DNA of 64,000 nt from an uncultured Clostridia bacterium (GCA_904501985.1 CAJGCT010000002.1:3596-67595), one strand, 5' to 3'. Shown: positions 45,950 through 54,931, counted from the first letter of the stretch. Made by a program: numbers and translations. Notes: generated by a model not told the origin, from the sequence alone.

Positions 45950-46555
45950 TTAAAGAGATTTTTTGTTAAGTCTTTCACCCACAGCTCCGCCCGGGTGGAT
46001 AAGTGCAAACTGCTCACTCTTATAGCCGGTCTCCTCGATAACAGCCGCCTGAAGCGCATGGAACAGCATACAAAGAGCGGTGGTGCTGGTAGTACCCTGC
46101 ATATTGTATTTATCCGTCTCGCGGTTAACATACTGCTTTATGACAACCTCTGCGCCAAGTGCAAGGGGGGATTCAAGATTTTCGGTAACAGCTATAATAT
46201 GAACACCTTTAGTCTGACAAATTTCCATTATAGGGAGCAGCTCCTTAGTCTTTCCGCCTCTGGAAGCAAGCACCATAACGTCGCCCCTCTGGAGAAAGCC
46301 TGTTGCGCCGTGTACCGCCTCAGCCGGAGAAATAAATCTAGCCGGACGCTCAATACAGCACATAAGGTGCGCAAAATGCTGGCAGATAATGCCTGAATGT
46401 CCGCATCCTGCCGCGCCTATACGCGGAGCGTTTGAAAGAAGCTCTACCGCCCTTGAAAACTGCTCCTCATCAAAATATTCCTTCATCGTTACTATGCACT
46501 CAGCTTCAATGTCATAGGCAGCCTTAGCCGCCGCAAGCGCGTTTTCGTTTATCAT
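45950..46555 (-). CDS. SIS-domain sugar-phosphate isomerase (6-phospho-3-hexuloisomerase-like)
   Basis: A single SIS domain of about 200 aa (RIGAAGCGHSGIICQHFAHL). Confidence 0.75.
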   Translation of the reverse strand: MINENALAAAKAAYDIEAECIVTMKEYFDEEQFSRAVELLSNAPRIGAAGCGHSGIICQHFAHLMCCIERPARFISPAEAVHGATGFLQRGDVMVLASRGGKTKELLPIMEICQTKGVHIIAVTENLESPLALGAEVVIKQYVNRETDKYNMQGTTSTTALCMLFHALQAAVIEETGYKSEQFALIHPGGAVGERLNKKSL

Positions 46556-46566
46556 CTCTGTATCCT

Positions 46567-46999
46567 CCGTTTTTTATGTGGTTTAGGGGTTATGAGTGCA
46601 GATTTGTTTACATATGGGAGTTACGCGCTTTTTTGAAAAAAAGCTGTGCAAAAAACTTTATATAGGGAATGGCAACGCTATATACTTTGTATATTGGTAA
46701 TCGTTTCATCTGCTTTGGCGCGCCTGCTCCATGGCCCCGCACCATTACGCAGGCTAATTTTGCGAAAACCGTTTGAGATATGGAACAGTCGTCCAAGTAA
46801 ACAGTACCGTCCCCTACGAAGACTTACCGCCAACCAAGCCGCCGTAATGGTGCGGGGCCATGAAGGCGGCGCGAACAGTGCGCTCAAACGCCCTGCAATC
46901 ATATCGGTTATAATACATATTTTTTGTATAAAGTTTTTGCGGAGCTTTTTTCAAAAAGCGACCGTAATTCTTCATACAAACAAATCTGCACTCATACCC
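46567..46999. mobile_element. 433-bp foldback (MITE-like) element flanked by the 11-bp direct repeat CTCTGTATCCT
   Basis: Outer inverted repeats are 46585-46662 versus 46927-47001 (about 75 nt, imperfect). The inner perfect 20-bp inverted repeat CATGGCCCCGCACCATTACG is at 46730-46749 versus 46843-46862. The direct repeat is at 46556-46566 and 47000-47010. Confidence 0.6.
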
Positions 47000-47131
47000 C
47001 TCTGTATCCTTATCATAAATGATAACCTTTTTCGAGATAATTTTCAATTCGCAAAATAGCCAAATTTATGGGCGCAATATGTGCAAATCACTAACCTTTT
47101 CGAAAATTATAATAAATTTGAGAAAATCATA

Positions 47132-47160
47132 TTGACTAAAAGGAAAATATAGTGTATAAT
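47132..47160 (+). promoter_or_regulatory. Promoter of the TIM-like/YjbQ operon (TTGACT-17-TATAAT with TG extension)
   Basis: -35 at 47132-47137 and -10 at 47155-47160. Confidence 0.5.
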
Positions 47161-47197
47161 CAACTTGTAATTTTGAAAATAAGGAGTGTGTGCTCTA

Positions 47198-47899
47198 ATG
47201 GCAAAAAAGTGTAAAATCACAACACCGTTTTTCGAGATAGGTCCTAAATCCTACCTCTATGGCGATGATATTCTGGAGCTTGCAAAAGCCGCAGATGCCG
47301 CTTCCGAAAAATACGGTGTAAGCATCATCTTTACTACTCCCGTGGTGGATATACGCCGCGTTAAGGAAGCAACAAAGAACATTTTTGTTTTCGCTCCCCA
47401 TATGGATCCCATCGTTCCGGGACGCGGACTTGCGGACATTCTCCCCGAATCCCTCGTTGCCGCAGGCGCAGACGGCGTAATGCTCAATCACTGCGAAAAG
47501 CCACTTGAGTTCGATGTTCTGGCAAAAACAATTGAGCGTGCAGACGAAGTTGGCCTTACCACTATCGTGTGCGCAGATTCCTCTGCCGAGGCGGCAAAAA
47601 TCGCCACCCTTAAGCCCGATATTATAGTAGCTGAGCCGTCCGAGCTTATCGGAACAGGAGTCAGCGTAGGTCCGGAATATGTAGAAGCGGCAACCCGTTC
47701 CGTTAAGGACGTTGATCCGGAAATTCTCGTGCTTACTGCCGCAGGTATCGCAAACGGCGAGGATGTATACAACACCATCATCGCAGGTGCGGATGCCACC
47801 GGTTCTTCCTCCGGCGTAGCAAAAGCGGCTGACCGCGCAGCTATGGTGGATGAAATGATCTCGGCAGTTCGCCGTGCATACGACGAAAGACACAAATAA
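47198..47899 (+). CDS. Triosephosphate-isomerase-family (archaeal-type TIM barrel) protein
   Basis: NHCE and AEPSELIGTG match the archaeal-type TIM catalytic His/Glu contexts. ATG 47198 lies downstream of AAGGAG. Confidence 0.7.
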   Translation: MAKKCKITTPFFEIGPKSYLYGDDILELAKAADAASEKYGVSIIFTTPVVDIRRVKEATKNIFVFAPHMDPIVPGRGLADILPESLVAAGADGVMLNHCEKPLEFDVLAKTIERADEVGLTTIVCADSSAEAAKIATLKPDIIVAEPSELIGTGVSVGPEYVEAATRSVKDVDPEILVLTAAGIANGEDVYNTIIAGADATGSSSGVAKAADRAAMVDEMISAVRRAYDERHK

Positions 47900-47975
47900 A
47901 AATTTATATGCGCAAGGTGCGCATACGCATTCTGCGCTGTGATTTTAAAATTATTATTTTTGGAGGATTTTCAAA

Positions 47976-48596
47976 ATGGAATTCAAAGTATTTCAGAAAG
48001 AGCTTGAGCTTCAGTCCCGCGGCTGGATCCCCACCTTCCACGATGTTTCCAAGGAAATAATCGAGATCGTACAGGCTTCCGGCATCAAGAACGGTACTGT
48101 TTGTATCGCTTCTCACCACACCACCTGCTCTGTAATGATCCAGGAGTGCTCTCACGACATCGACTCCTTCGACCTTGAGTATCTCCAGCACGACCTTCTT
48201 GACATCATGCGCAAGATGATCCCCGACTTTGCTGATGAGGGCGACTACCGTCATCCCGGACCGATCCATGCAAAGTTCGGCAGATACGTAAACGAGCCCG
48301 GCAACTTCACCTCCATGAACACCGACGGTCATCTGCGTTCCGTCTTCTTCGGCCGCAGCGAGACCATGACCATCAAGGACGGCAAGCTGGATGGCGGCGA
48401 GTTCGCTCACATCTATTTCGTCGACTGGGACCATGTTCGTGCACGCCGTCGTCAGCTCAACGTTACCGTTATGGGTACAACCGATGATGTAGGCGATCGC
48501 AAGTGGAACAACGGCGAAGTTATCAACACACTTCCCAAGTTCACCGATGAGGAAAAGGCTTACGACGTACACTACGATCTCCAGCTTAAGAGATAA
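47976..48596 (+). CDS. YjbQ/UPF0047-family protein with a C-terminal extension
   Basis: IASHHTTCSVMIQE...NTDGHLRSVFFGRSETMTIKDGKL. Confidence 0.75.
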   Translation: MEFKVFQKELELQSRGWIPTFHDVSKEIIEIVQASGIKNGTVCIASHHTTCSVMIQECSHDIDSFDLEYLQHDLLDIMRKMIPDFADEGDYRHPGPIHAKFGRYVNEPGNFTSMNTDGHLRSVFFGRSETMTIKDGKLDGGEFAHIYFVDWDHVRARRRQLNVTVMGTTDDVGDRKWNNGEVINTLPKFTDEEKAYDVHYDLQLKR

Positions 48597-48612
48597 GTAC
48601 ATAAAATAACGT

Positions 48613-48643
48613 GATCGGCAGTCAAACGACTGCCGATCTTTTT
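48613..48643 (+). terminator. Terminator after the yjbQ-like gene
   Basis: GATCGGCAGTC-aaac-GACTGCCGATCTTTTT. Confidence 0.85.
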
Positions 48644-48766
48644 CGTCCGCAAATTATCGCGGTGATTAATTTGCATATAGGCTATTGCAATCACCGCTGT
48701 TACGTGATATAATTAAAGCATCTGCCATTTTATCATGTGCTGACGTCGGAAAGGAATGTGATTATT

Positions 48767-49855
48767 ATGATAAAAAAGCTTACTTTAATCATGTCTGTGG
48801 TGTGTGCTATACCGATTATTTGTGCCTGCTCATTCAGCACCTCTCCATCACTGCCACAAGCTCCATATCTGACATTACCACAGGAAATGACAACAGCCGC
48901 CCCTGATATATCTGCCACACCTGCGGAAAGCGAAACGGAACCGCCGCCTGAGCCTGTCACAATCACAATGTCATTCATCGGCGACTGTATGCTGGCAACA
49001 GACCGCGGCGGAGAATATGAGGGGTCTTTCAATCTGCTCGCCAAAGAGGTTGGCCCGTCATACTTCTTTGAAAACTTCACAGAGCTTTTCGAATCCGACG
49101 ATTGGACTGTTGCGAATCTTGAAAACGTATTCACGGACAATCCCGATGCAAAAACCAGAAACAAGGGGTACACTCCTGCATATTGGTATAAGTCTACCAC
49201 CGCCAACACCGCAATTCTGAATGAGGGAAGCATTGAAATTGTTTCCCTTGCCAACAATCACTCCGAGGATTACGGAAAAATCGGATATGACGATACCAGA
49301 GCCGCTCTTGAAGCCGCAGATGTCATGTGGGGGGACAACGAAAGCATCATCACCCTTGAAAAAGAGGGGTTCACTGTTGCTCTTTACTGCACCACATTTT
49401 ATTACACCGGCTATGACCGCATAATCAGCGATAAAATGGCAAAGGTTGATGCAGATTACAAGATCGTGTATTTTCACGGTGGCACAGAACGTGTACACGA
49501 GCCGGATGAATGGAAAGCCGCAGGCGCACGCCGCATGATAGACAACGGAATTGATCTTGTTATAGGCGGTCATCCTCATGTGCTTCAGCCAATTGAGATT
49601 TATAAAGGGAAAACCATAGTTCATTCACTTGGAAACTTCGTTTTCGGCGGCTCACGCAGTGAGGAAAACCGTACCATTGTCTACCGCATCACCCTTACTG
49701 CTACCGAGGGAGAAATTACCGATATTTCAGATGAGATCATTCCCTGCTACGTTTATACCGATCTCTATAAGCCGGGAATAATTACGGATGAAGCTCAAAT
49801 AGCGGCACTCCACGCATTTTTGGCAGGCGAGACGGCTTCGCCCATGGGAGAATGA
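48767..49855 (+). CDS. CapA-family (PGA_cap metallophosphatase-like) lipoprotein
   Basis: Lipobox (IPIICAC), then FIGDCML, ANNHSEDYG, FHGGTE and GGHPHVLQP. Confidence 0.8.
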   Translation: MIKKLTLIMSVVCAIPIICACSFSTSPSLPQAPYLTLPQEMTTAAPDISATPAESETEPPPEPVTITMSFIGDCMLATDRGGEYEGSFNLLAKEVGPSYFFENFTELFESDDWTVANLENVFTDNPDAKTRNKGYTPAYWYKSTTANTAILNEGSIEIVSLANNHSEDYGKIGYDDTRAALEAADVMWGDNESIITLEKEGFTVALYCTTFYYTGYDRIISDKMAKVDADYKIVYFHGGTERVHEPDEWKAAGARRMIDNGIDLVIGGHPHVLQPIEIYKGKTIVHSLGNFVFGGSRSEENRTIVYRITLTATEGEITDISDEIIPCYVYTDLYKPGIITDEAQIAALHAFLAGETASPMGE

Positions 49856-50757
49856 CCATGGACGGCTGCAAACTTTGCCCGCGTGAATGTAATGTTGACC
49901 GAAGCTGTACCAAAGGCTTTTGCGGTCAGTCAGATGCCATAAGAGTTGCCCGTGCCGCGCCCCATATGTGGGAAGAACCGTGTATATCCGGAAAAAACGG
50001 CTCCGGTACGGTATTCTTCTGCGGATGCACGCTAAAATGTGCATACTGTCAAAATTCCGCTATTTCGAGAGGAAATGCTGCCGATCACGGAATTGATATT
50101 GACCCACACCGCCTTGCGGAGATTTTCATACGCCTCCAAGACACGGGAGTGCACAACATAAACCTTGTCACACCAACAATGTTCGCCCCCGGAATTGCCA
50201 AGTCAATAGACATTGCAAAAACCATGGGGCTTACGCTTCCCATCGTCTACAATACCAGCGGATATGAAAATCCTACCGCACTTTGCAACATAGCGGACAA
50301 AATAAATATATATCTTCCCGATTTTAAGTATATTTCTCCCGAACTTTCCGAAAAATACTCCGGTGCCGCCGATTATCCCATTCATGCCAAAGCATCTTTA
50401 AGAATGATGGCAAAGCATATCGGAGAGGCAAAATTCGATTCCGACGGAATGATGACAAGAGGTGTAATAATACGCCATCTGCTTCTGCCGGGACAGCTTT
50501 CGGAATCTAAAAAGGTGCTCGACTATCTGTTTTCCGAGTACGAAAACACCGTATACTACAGTCTCATGAGCCAATACACGCCAATGCCCACTCTTGACTC
50601 GGAAAAATATCCTGAACTTGACCGCCGCGTGACAACCTACGAATATAACAAACTCATAGAACACGCTGTAAATTTAGGTATCAAAAACGGCTTTGTGCAG
50701 GACGGCACTGCCGCAAAGGAAAGCTTTATTCCGTCATTTAACGGTGAGGGAATATAG
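49852..50757 (+). CDS. Radical SAM protein (PflA-like activase family)
   Basis: CxxxCxxC in FFCGCTLKCAYCQN plus an N-terminal Cys cluster. The start overlaps the capA stop. Confidence 0.8.
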   Translation: MTMDGCKLCPRECNVDRSCTKGFCGQSDAIRVARAAPHMWEEPCISGKNGSGTVFFCGCTLKCAYCQNSAISRGNAADHGIDIDPHRLAEIFIRLQDTGVHNINLVTPTMFAPGIAKSIDIAKTMGLTLPIVYNTSGYENPTALCNIADKINIYLPDFKYISPELSEKYSGAADYPIHAKASLRMMAKHIGEAKFDSDGMMTRGVIIRHLLLPGQLSESKKVLDYLFSEYENTVYYSLMSQYTPMPTLDSEKYPELDRRVTTYEYNKLIEHAVNLGIKNGFVQDGTAAKESFIPSFNGEGI

Positions 50758-50777
50758 CAAACGAAGTACAACGACGC

Positions 50778-50817
50778 AAAAAGACTGCTGCATTTGATGC
50801 AGCAGTCTTTTGTTTTT
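50778..50817. terminator. Bidirectional terminator
   Basis: AAAAGACTGCTGCA-tttga-TGCAGCAGTCTTTT. Confidence 0.85.
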
Positions 50818-50823
50818 GCTTGT

Positions 50824-52437
50824 TTACTTTGTCATTATTACGCCTTCGTCCCAAAGCTTGTACTGAGATACGGGCACATCGTATACCGATACCGCTATGT
50901 GGCAGTTTTCACGGGCTGTGAAGCCTGTCATGCCGGCATATCCGATAACATCGCCCTTGTTTACTGTATCTCCTACTTTTACAGCGGTGGAGTTAAGGTG
51001 GCAGTACCAGCTCTTAAGTCCGAGACCGTGGTCGATTACTACCATATATCCGGGAAGATCAAGATAACCCACATATACGACCTTACCGTTGTTCATTGCC
51101 ATAATATTCTCGTTAAGCTTTACGATATAATCGCATCCCGGATGACGGTATGTCTCGCCGGTGCCGGAAATAGTGCAGTAACGTCCGAAACCGATCTTAA
51201 CATTACCGCCTGCAGTTCCCTCATGGAAGGTGCCCTCCCAAAGAGGAGTAGACTCGGTAACAGCTATGATGGGAGCCATAGTATCGTTGAAATTCTTAAT
51301 AGTAGTCTCGGTTCTTGTCTGATTTGCTACGGTAGCACTGATATCAAGGAAAGAATTTCCGAATTTCTTTTCTGTGATATCAAGGTTCATCTCCTGCGTT
51401 ACCTCACCGTAGGTGCAGGTGAATTTCACTTCGTTTCCTTCAAATTCCATAGGAACGGGAACAAGCGCGCGAGTATATCTGCCGTCCTCAAAGAAGGTGG
51501 GTGTGAATCCTATATCAGGCTCACTTGTAAATGTGATAGCTCTGGGATCATCTACGTTTTTCGCGGAAATAACTACAAACTCACCGGGCTCGATCTCGGT
51601 CTTTCCAAGGTAGAATACCGCAGGAAGCAGTATCTTTGCCTTAAACTTGTATACTGCCGAGCCGTAGCAGGCTTCGGTATCACTTTCGTACCACTTAGCC
51701 TCAACAAGAACGTCAATAGTGCGTCCCTCAAGATCTGCGTTGGCTATATTATCGTAGCTGTCGCTGTATACAATATTATCGCCGTCTTTTATGGTAACGT
51801 TGCAGAAGTCGGGACGGTTGTCAAAGGAAAGTGCAAATGCGCCCTTCATCTGATAAACGATCTCTGTAGGCTCTTCAACAACAATATCGTCAAGGGCTAC
51901 ATAATCTCCGCTGTAGGTCTGATATACCCAATCACCCTCGGTGGGATTTATGGTCCGCTCGGACACTGTCATCTGCGGGAAAGAGGTGGTATCATACAGT
52001 GCGCGTGCATATTTTGTGGAGAGAAACGCCTCGGCATCGGATTCGCTTATATGGTATGCCGTTCCGTTGGCATCAACAAAATATGCTTCCCCTGCGTTTT
52101 CGTTAAAGTAGTATTTATACACCTGGGTGCGGTCATAGCTGTAATACTTGAACTCAAAATAGTCAGCACCAAGGAGAGGATCGGGAAGCGACGGCTGTTC
52201 GATGGCGCGATCGTTTATCTTAACAAATCCGGCGATATCCACAGCCTGCGCGGGATTATCTGCCATAAGCGAATACACATTTCCGCCAACATCAGTTATT
52301 TCAAGCTTTGTTATGGTTTTTTCATCAACAGGCGCGAACTGTGCGCCGATATAGCTTCCAATGGCAATATAAGTAGGAATAAATATTGCCGCCACAATAG
52401 CCACAAGCGTGAGCATATTTTTAGTAGGCTTATTCAT
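50824..52437 (-). CDS. M23-family (LytM-type) metallopeptidase with an N-terminal membrane anchor
   Basis: HPGCD (HxxxD) and VIDHGLGLKSWYCHL motifs in the C-terminal domain. Confidence 0.88.
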   Translation of the reverse strand: MNKPTKNMLTLVAIVAAIFIPTYIAIGSYIGAQFAPVDEKTITKLEITDVGGNVYSLMADNPAQAVDIAGFVKINDRAIEQPSLPDPLLGADYFEFKYYSYDRTQVYKYYFNENAGEAYFVDANGTAYHISESDAEAFLSTKYARALYDTTSFPQMTVSERTINPTEGDWVYQTYSGDYVALDDIVVEEPTEIVYQMKGAFALSFDNRPDFCNVTIKDGDNIVYSDSYDNIANADLEGRTIDVLVEAKWYESDTEACYGSAVYKFKAKILLPAVFYLGKTEIEPGEFVVISAKNVDDPRAITFTSEPDIGFTPTFFEDGRYTRALVPVPMEFEGNEVKFTCTYGEVTQEMNLDITEKKFGNSFLDISATVANQTRTETTIKNFNDTMAPIIAVTESTPLWEGTFHEGTAGGNVKIGFGRYCTISGTGETYRHPGCDYIVKLNENIMAMNNGKVVYVGYLDLPGYMVVIDHGLGLKSWYCHLNSTAVKVGDTVNKGDVIGYAGMTGFTARENCHIAVSVYDVPVSQYKLWDEGVIMTK

Positions 52438-52600
52438 TTATCTGTCCCCTTTTTAGGTATAGTTATACTTATAATGATATTATACAATATTTTTTTCCCA
52501 AGGTCAAGCATATTCTGAAATTTTATTTAAAATATTCAAGAAGCGTGAGCACAGTCCCATAAGGACACGCCCACGCTTCTTATTTATGTTACGTTAAATA

Positions 52601-53785
52601 TCAATTAAACAGCTTTTTGATACGTTCAGCCGCTTCTCTTGTGCGCTCACGGTCGCCAAACGCGGTCAAGCGGAAGAATCCCTCTCCCATAGCACCAAAT
52701 CCGGCACCGGGTGTACCCACTACATTTGCTTTTGTAAGAAGCAGGTCGAAAAATTCCCATGATCCCATGCCATTCGGGCATTTAAGCCAGATATAGGGAG
52801 AATTTACGCCGCCGGTATACCAAATTCCAAGCTCATCAAGAGCCGCGGTGATGATTTTTGCATTTTCTCTGTAGTAGGAGAGATTTTCTGCGATCTGCGC
52901 GCGTCCCTCAGGCGTAAACACAGCCGCCGCCGCAAGCTGTACAGGGTAGGAAACGCCGTTAAACTTGGTGGTCTGGCGACGAAGCCACATTTTGTTAAGG
53001 CTCATACCGTCAGCCTCAAGCTCCATAGGAACAACAGTCCATCCGCAGCGTGTACCCGTAAATCCTGCGGTCTTGGAGAAGGAGCAGAATTCAATAGCAC
53101 AGTTTCTTGCACCCTCAATTTCATAAATTGAGCGAACAAGCTCCTTTGAAATTACAAATGACTCATAAGCCGCATCAAAGAGGATTATTGCGCCCTTTTT
53201 GGTGGCATAATCTACCCATTCTTTAAGCTGTGCATGATTGTACGCCGCACCTGTGGGATTGTTGGGGGAGCAGAGGTAAATTATATCTGCATCAACGGAA
53301 TCATCGGGCATGGGAAGAAAATTATTTTCCGCAGTACCGTTCATGTACACAATATTTCTTCCGTCCATGATATTGGTATCAACATACACGGGATACACAG
53401 GATCGGGCACAAGCACAGTGTTGTCCTTTGCGAAAATGTCAAGTATGTTTCCAAGATCGCTCTTTGCGCCGTCGGAGATGAATATCTCGTCTGCATCAAG
53501 CACAACGCCGTCCTCGGCTTTATAATAATCCTTGATGGCATCCTTTAAAAAGCCGTAGCCCTGCTCCGGACCGTAGCCTTTGAAGGATTCTTTCGTGCCC
53601 ATCTCATCTGCGGCTTTATGAAAGGCATCAACCACGGCTGTGCAGAGCGGAAGCGTAACATCACCGATTCCAAGGCGTATGATATCGGCATCGGGATTCT
53701 TCTCCTTGTATGCCGCGGTCTTTTTTGCAATATCTGAGAAGAGATAGCTTGCTTTAAGGTTTTTATAATTGGAATTGATCTTCAT
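52601..53785 (-). CDS. dapL: LL-diaminopimelate aminotransferase
   Basis: [22 protein letters not shown]... and the PLP-Lys region FSKTAGFTG. The start was set at MKINS. Confidence 0.88.
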   Translation of the reverse strand: MKINSNYKNLKASYLFSDIAKKTAAYKEKNPDADIIRLGIGDVTLPLCTAVVDAFHKAADEMGTKESFKGYGPEQGYGFLKDAIKDYYKAEDGVVLDADEIFISDGAKSDLGNILDIFAKDNTVLVPDPVYPVYVDTNIMDGRNIVYMNGTAENNFLPMPDDSVDADIIYLCSPNNPTGAAYNHAQLKEWVDYATKKGAIILFDAAYESFVISKELVRSIYEIEGARNCAIEFCSFSKTAGFTGTRCGWTVVPMELEADGMSLNKMWLRRQTTKFNGVSYPVQLAAAAVFTPEGRAQIAENLSYYRENAKIITAALDELGIWYTGGVNSPYIWLKCPNGMGSWEFFDLLLTKANVVGTPGAGFGAMGEGFFRLTAFGDRERTREAAERIKKLFN

Positions 53786-53898
53786 AAATATGTCTCCCTT
53801 TGGAAAATTTCGTGATTTCTTATATTGTAGCATACTAAAGCAGAAAATTCAATGTATATTTTATTAACAAGCGGAATTTTTTATGAGAAAATAACAGT

Positions 53899-54194
53899 AA
53901 CCCTATGCGAAACCGCTTCGCGGTGTCGCAGCCAAGAATGCTCCGCATTCTTGCGGTGCATCTCCTCAACCTGTCCCTTCCTTGAAACAACAAAAACGAG
54001 GGACAAGCCCTCGTTTTTGTCGTTTGGAGCAAGCGACGGGAATCGTGAACCCTATGCGAAACCGCTTCGCGGTGTCGCAGCCAAGAATGCTCCGCATTCT
54101 TGCGGTGCATCTTCTCAACCTGTCCCTTTCTTGAAACAACAAAAACGAGGGACAAGCCCTCGTTTTTGTCGTTTGGAGCAAGCGACGGGAATCG
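53899..54194. repeat. Tandem direct repeat, 2 x ~149 bp (53899-54045 and 54048-54194), each unit ending with the last 21 nt of tRNA-Gly
   Basis: The units differ by 2 substitutions. Each contains two short hairpins and the terminator AAAACGAGGG-acaag-CCCTCGTTTT. The junction is AATCG-tg-AACCC. Confidence 0.9.
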
Positions 54195-54247
54195 AACCCG
54201 CACAGTCAGCTTGGGAAGCTGAAGTTCTGCCACTAAACTACGCCTGC
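54174..54247 (-). tRNA. tRNA-Gly (anticodon CCC), CCA encoded
   Basis: Manual cloverleaf: GCAGGCG-TA-GTTT-AGTGGCA-GAAC-T-TCAGC-TTCCCAA-GCTGA-CTGT-GCGGG-TTCGATT-CCCGT-CGCTTGC-T-CCA (74 nt). Confidence 0.9.
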
Positions 54248-54485
54248 TTATTACAATAAATATTATATACCAACCTTGGCGGTTTGTCAAGCGAATACGG
54301 TTATTTTTTGATGTTATGGCATATTGCCGCAAGTTTACGCATATCCGTACTTTCACGCCCTCTGAAGCTCTGTAATAAAATGTCATGGGAGACAATTATA
54401 ATTATTATTTGCTGCTATGTTTAAAACTCCCACTCCGGGTAAAAAATAAAGATGTAAAATAAAAAAGCATGGAGAGTGAATTTGC

Positions 54486-54839
54486 ATGACTGTCAAACGC
54501 GGAGATATTTATTATGCCGACCTCAGTCCTGTAGTAGGCTCGGAGCAAGGCGGACTGCGCCCGGTTCTAATCGTTCAGAATGATGTCGGCAACAAATACA
54601 GTCCTACGGTCATCGCCGCAGCTATAACGTCTCAAATAGGAAAAAATCGTATGCCAACTCATATTGAGGTTCTTGCCGACCGATTCGGTCTTGCCAAGGA
54701 TTCGGTAATTCTGCTTGAGCAGATACGCACCATTGACAAACAGCGTCTTAAAGAAAAAATGGGACACCTTGACGATAACATTATGAAGAAGGTCAATGAT
54801 GCAATCGGTGTCAGTTTTGGGCTTGAAACAATAATGTAA
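54486..54839 (+). CDS. mazF: MazF/EndoA (PemK-family) type II toxin endoribonuclease
   Basis: [33 protein letters not shown]...IAAAITSQ is closely similar in pattern to Bacillus EndoA. The Arg25/Thr48 equivalents are present. Confidence 0.9.
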   Translation: MTVKRGDIYYADLSPVVGSEQGGLRPVLIVQNDVGNKYSPTVIAAAITSQIGKNRMPTHIEVLADRFGLAKDSVILLEQIRTIDKQRLKEKMGHLDDNIMKKVNDAIGVSFGLETIM

Positions 54840-54931
54840 CGGCTACATACCCGATCATTCGCATACGGGTATAGATCGTTTTTTCTTAAGATATCGCACT
54901 ATACAAAATACGTTACAGCTATGGTTTTATA

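Noticed and set aside
46608-47059. Small ORFs inside the foldback element whose outward-reading peptides resemble each other (…VMVRGHGAGAPKQMKRLPIYKV…IKFFAQLFFKKA versus …VMVRGHEGGANSALKRPAIISV…IKFLRSFFQKA)
   Set aside because: The similarity follows automatically from the two arms being inverted copies read in the same relative frame. Neither has an RBS and one lacks a start near the conserved part. They were kept as part of the MITE-like call, though a degraded duplicated gene fragment cannot be fully excluded.
47195-48602. 232-aa and 232-aa minus-strand ORFs antisense to the TIM-like and YjbQ genes; also 4140-4784 antisense to trxB
   Set aside because: These are antisense shadows of well-supported genes, with no independent start signals.
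50794-52518. 574-aa ORF on the plus strand covering the whole M23 peptidase gene
   Set aside because: This is a shadow ORF antisense to a gene with clear M23 motifs. The translation is Cys/Tyr/Ile/Val-rich with no recognisable domain, has no RBS, and starts inside a bidirectional terminator.
53960-54047. Possible second tRNA or tRNA-like gene in the upstream repeat unit (79 nt ending in ...TTCCCGTCGCTTGCTCCA)
   Set aside because: Only the last 21 nt match the tRNA. The putative T-loop is 9 nt, and the acceptor 5' strand pairs at only 5 of 7 positions and is sequestered in a perfect 9-bp hairpin (CAAGAATGC/GCATTCTTG). No D arm or anticodon arm can be drawn.
53835-54395. 186-aa minus-strand ORF (and 53852-54259 plus, 53966-54181 minus) spanning the tandem repeat and tRNA-Gly
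   Set aside because: They read straight through a tRNA gene, two terminators and duplicated DNA. The internal peptide repeats are simply the translated 149-bp duplication.
53899-54485. Idea that the tandem repeat upstream of mazF is a ToxI-like repetitive RNA antitoxin
   Set aside because: MazF is a type II toxin. The repeats are 149 bp rather than about 36 nt, there are only two copies, each contains a terminator, and they are separated from mazF by an oppositely oriented tRNA gene. It is mentioned only as a remote alternative.
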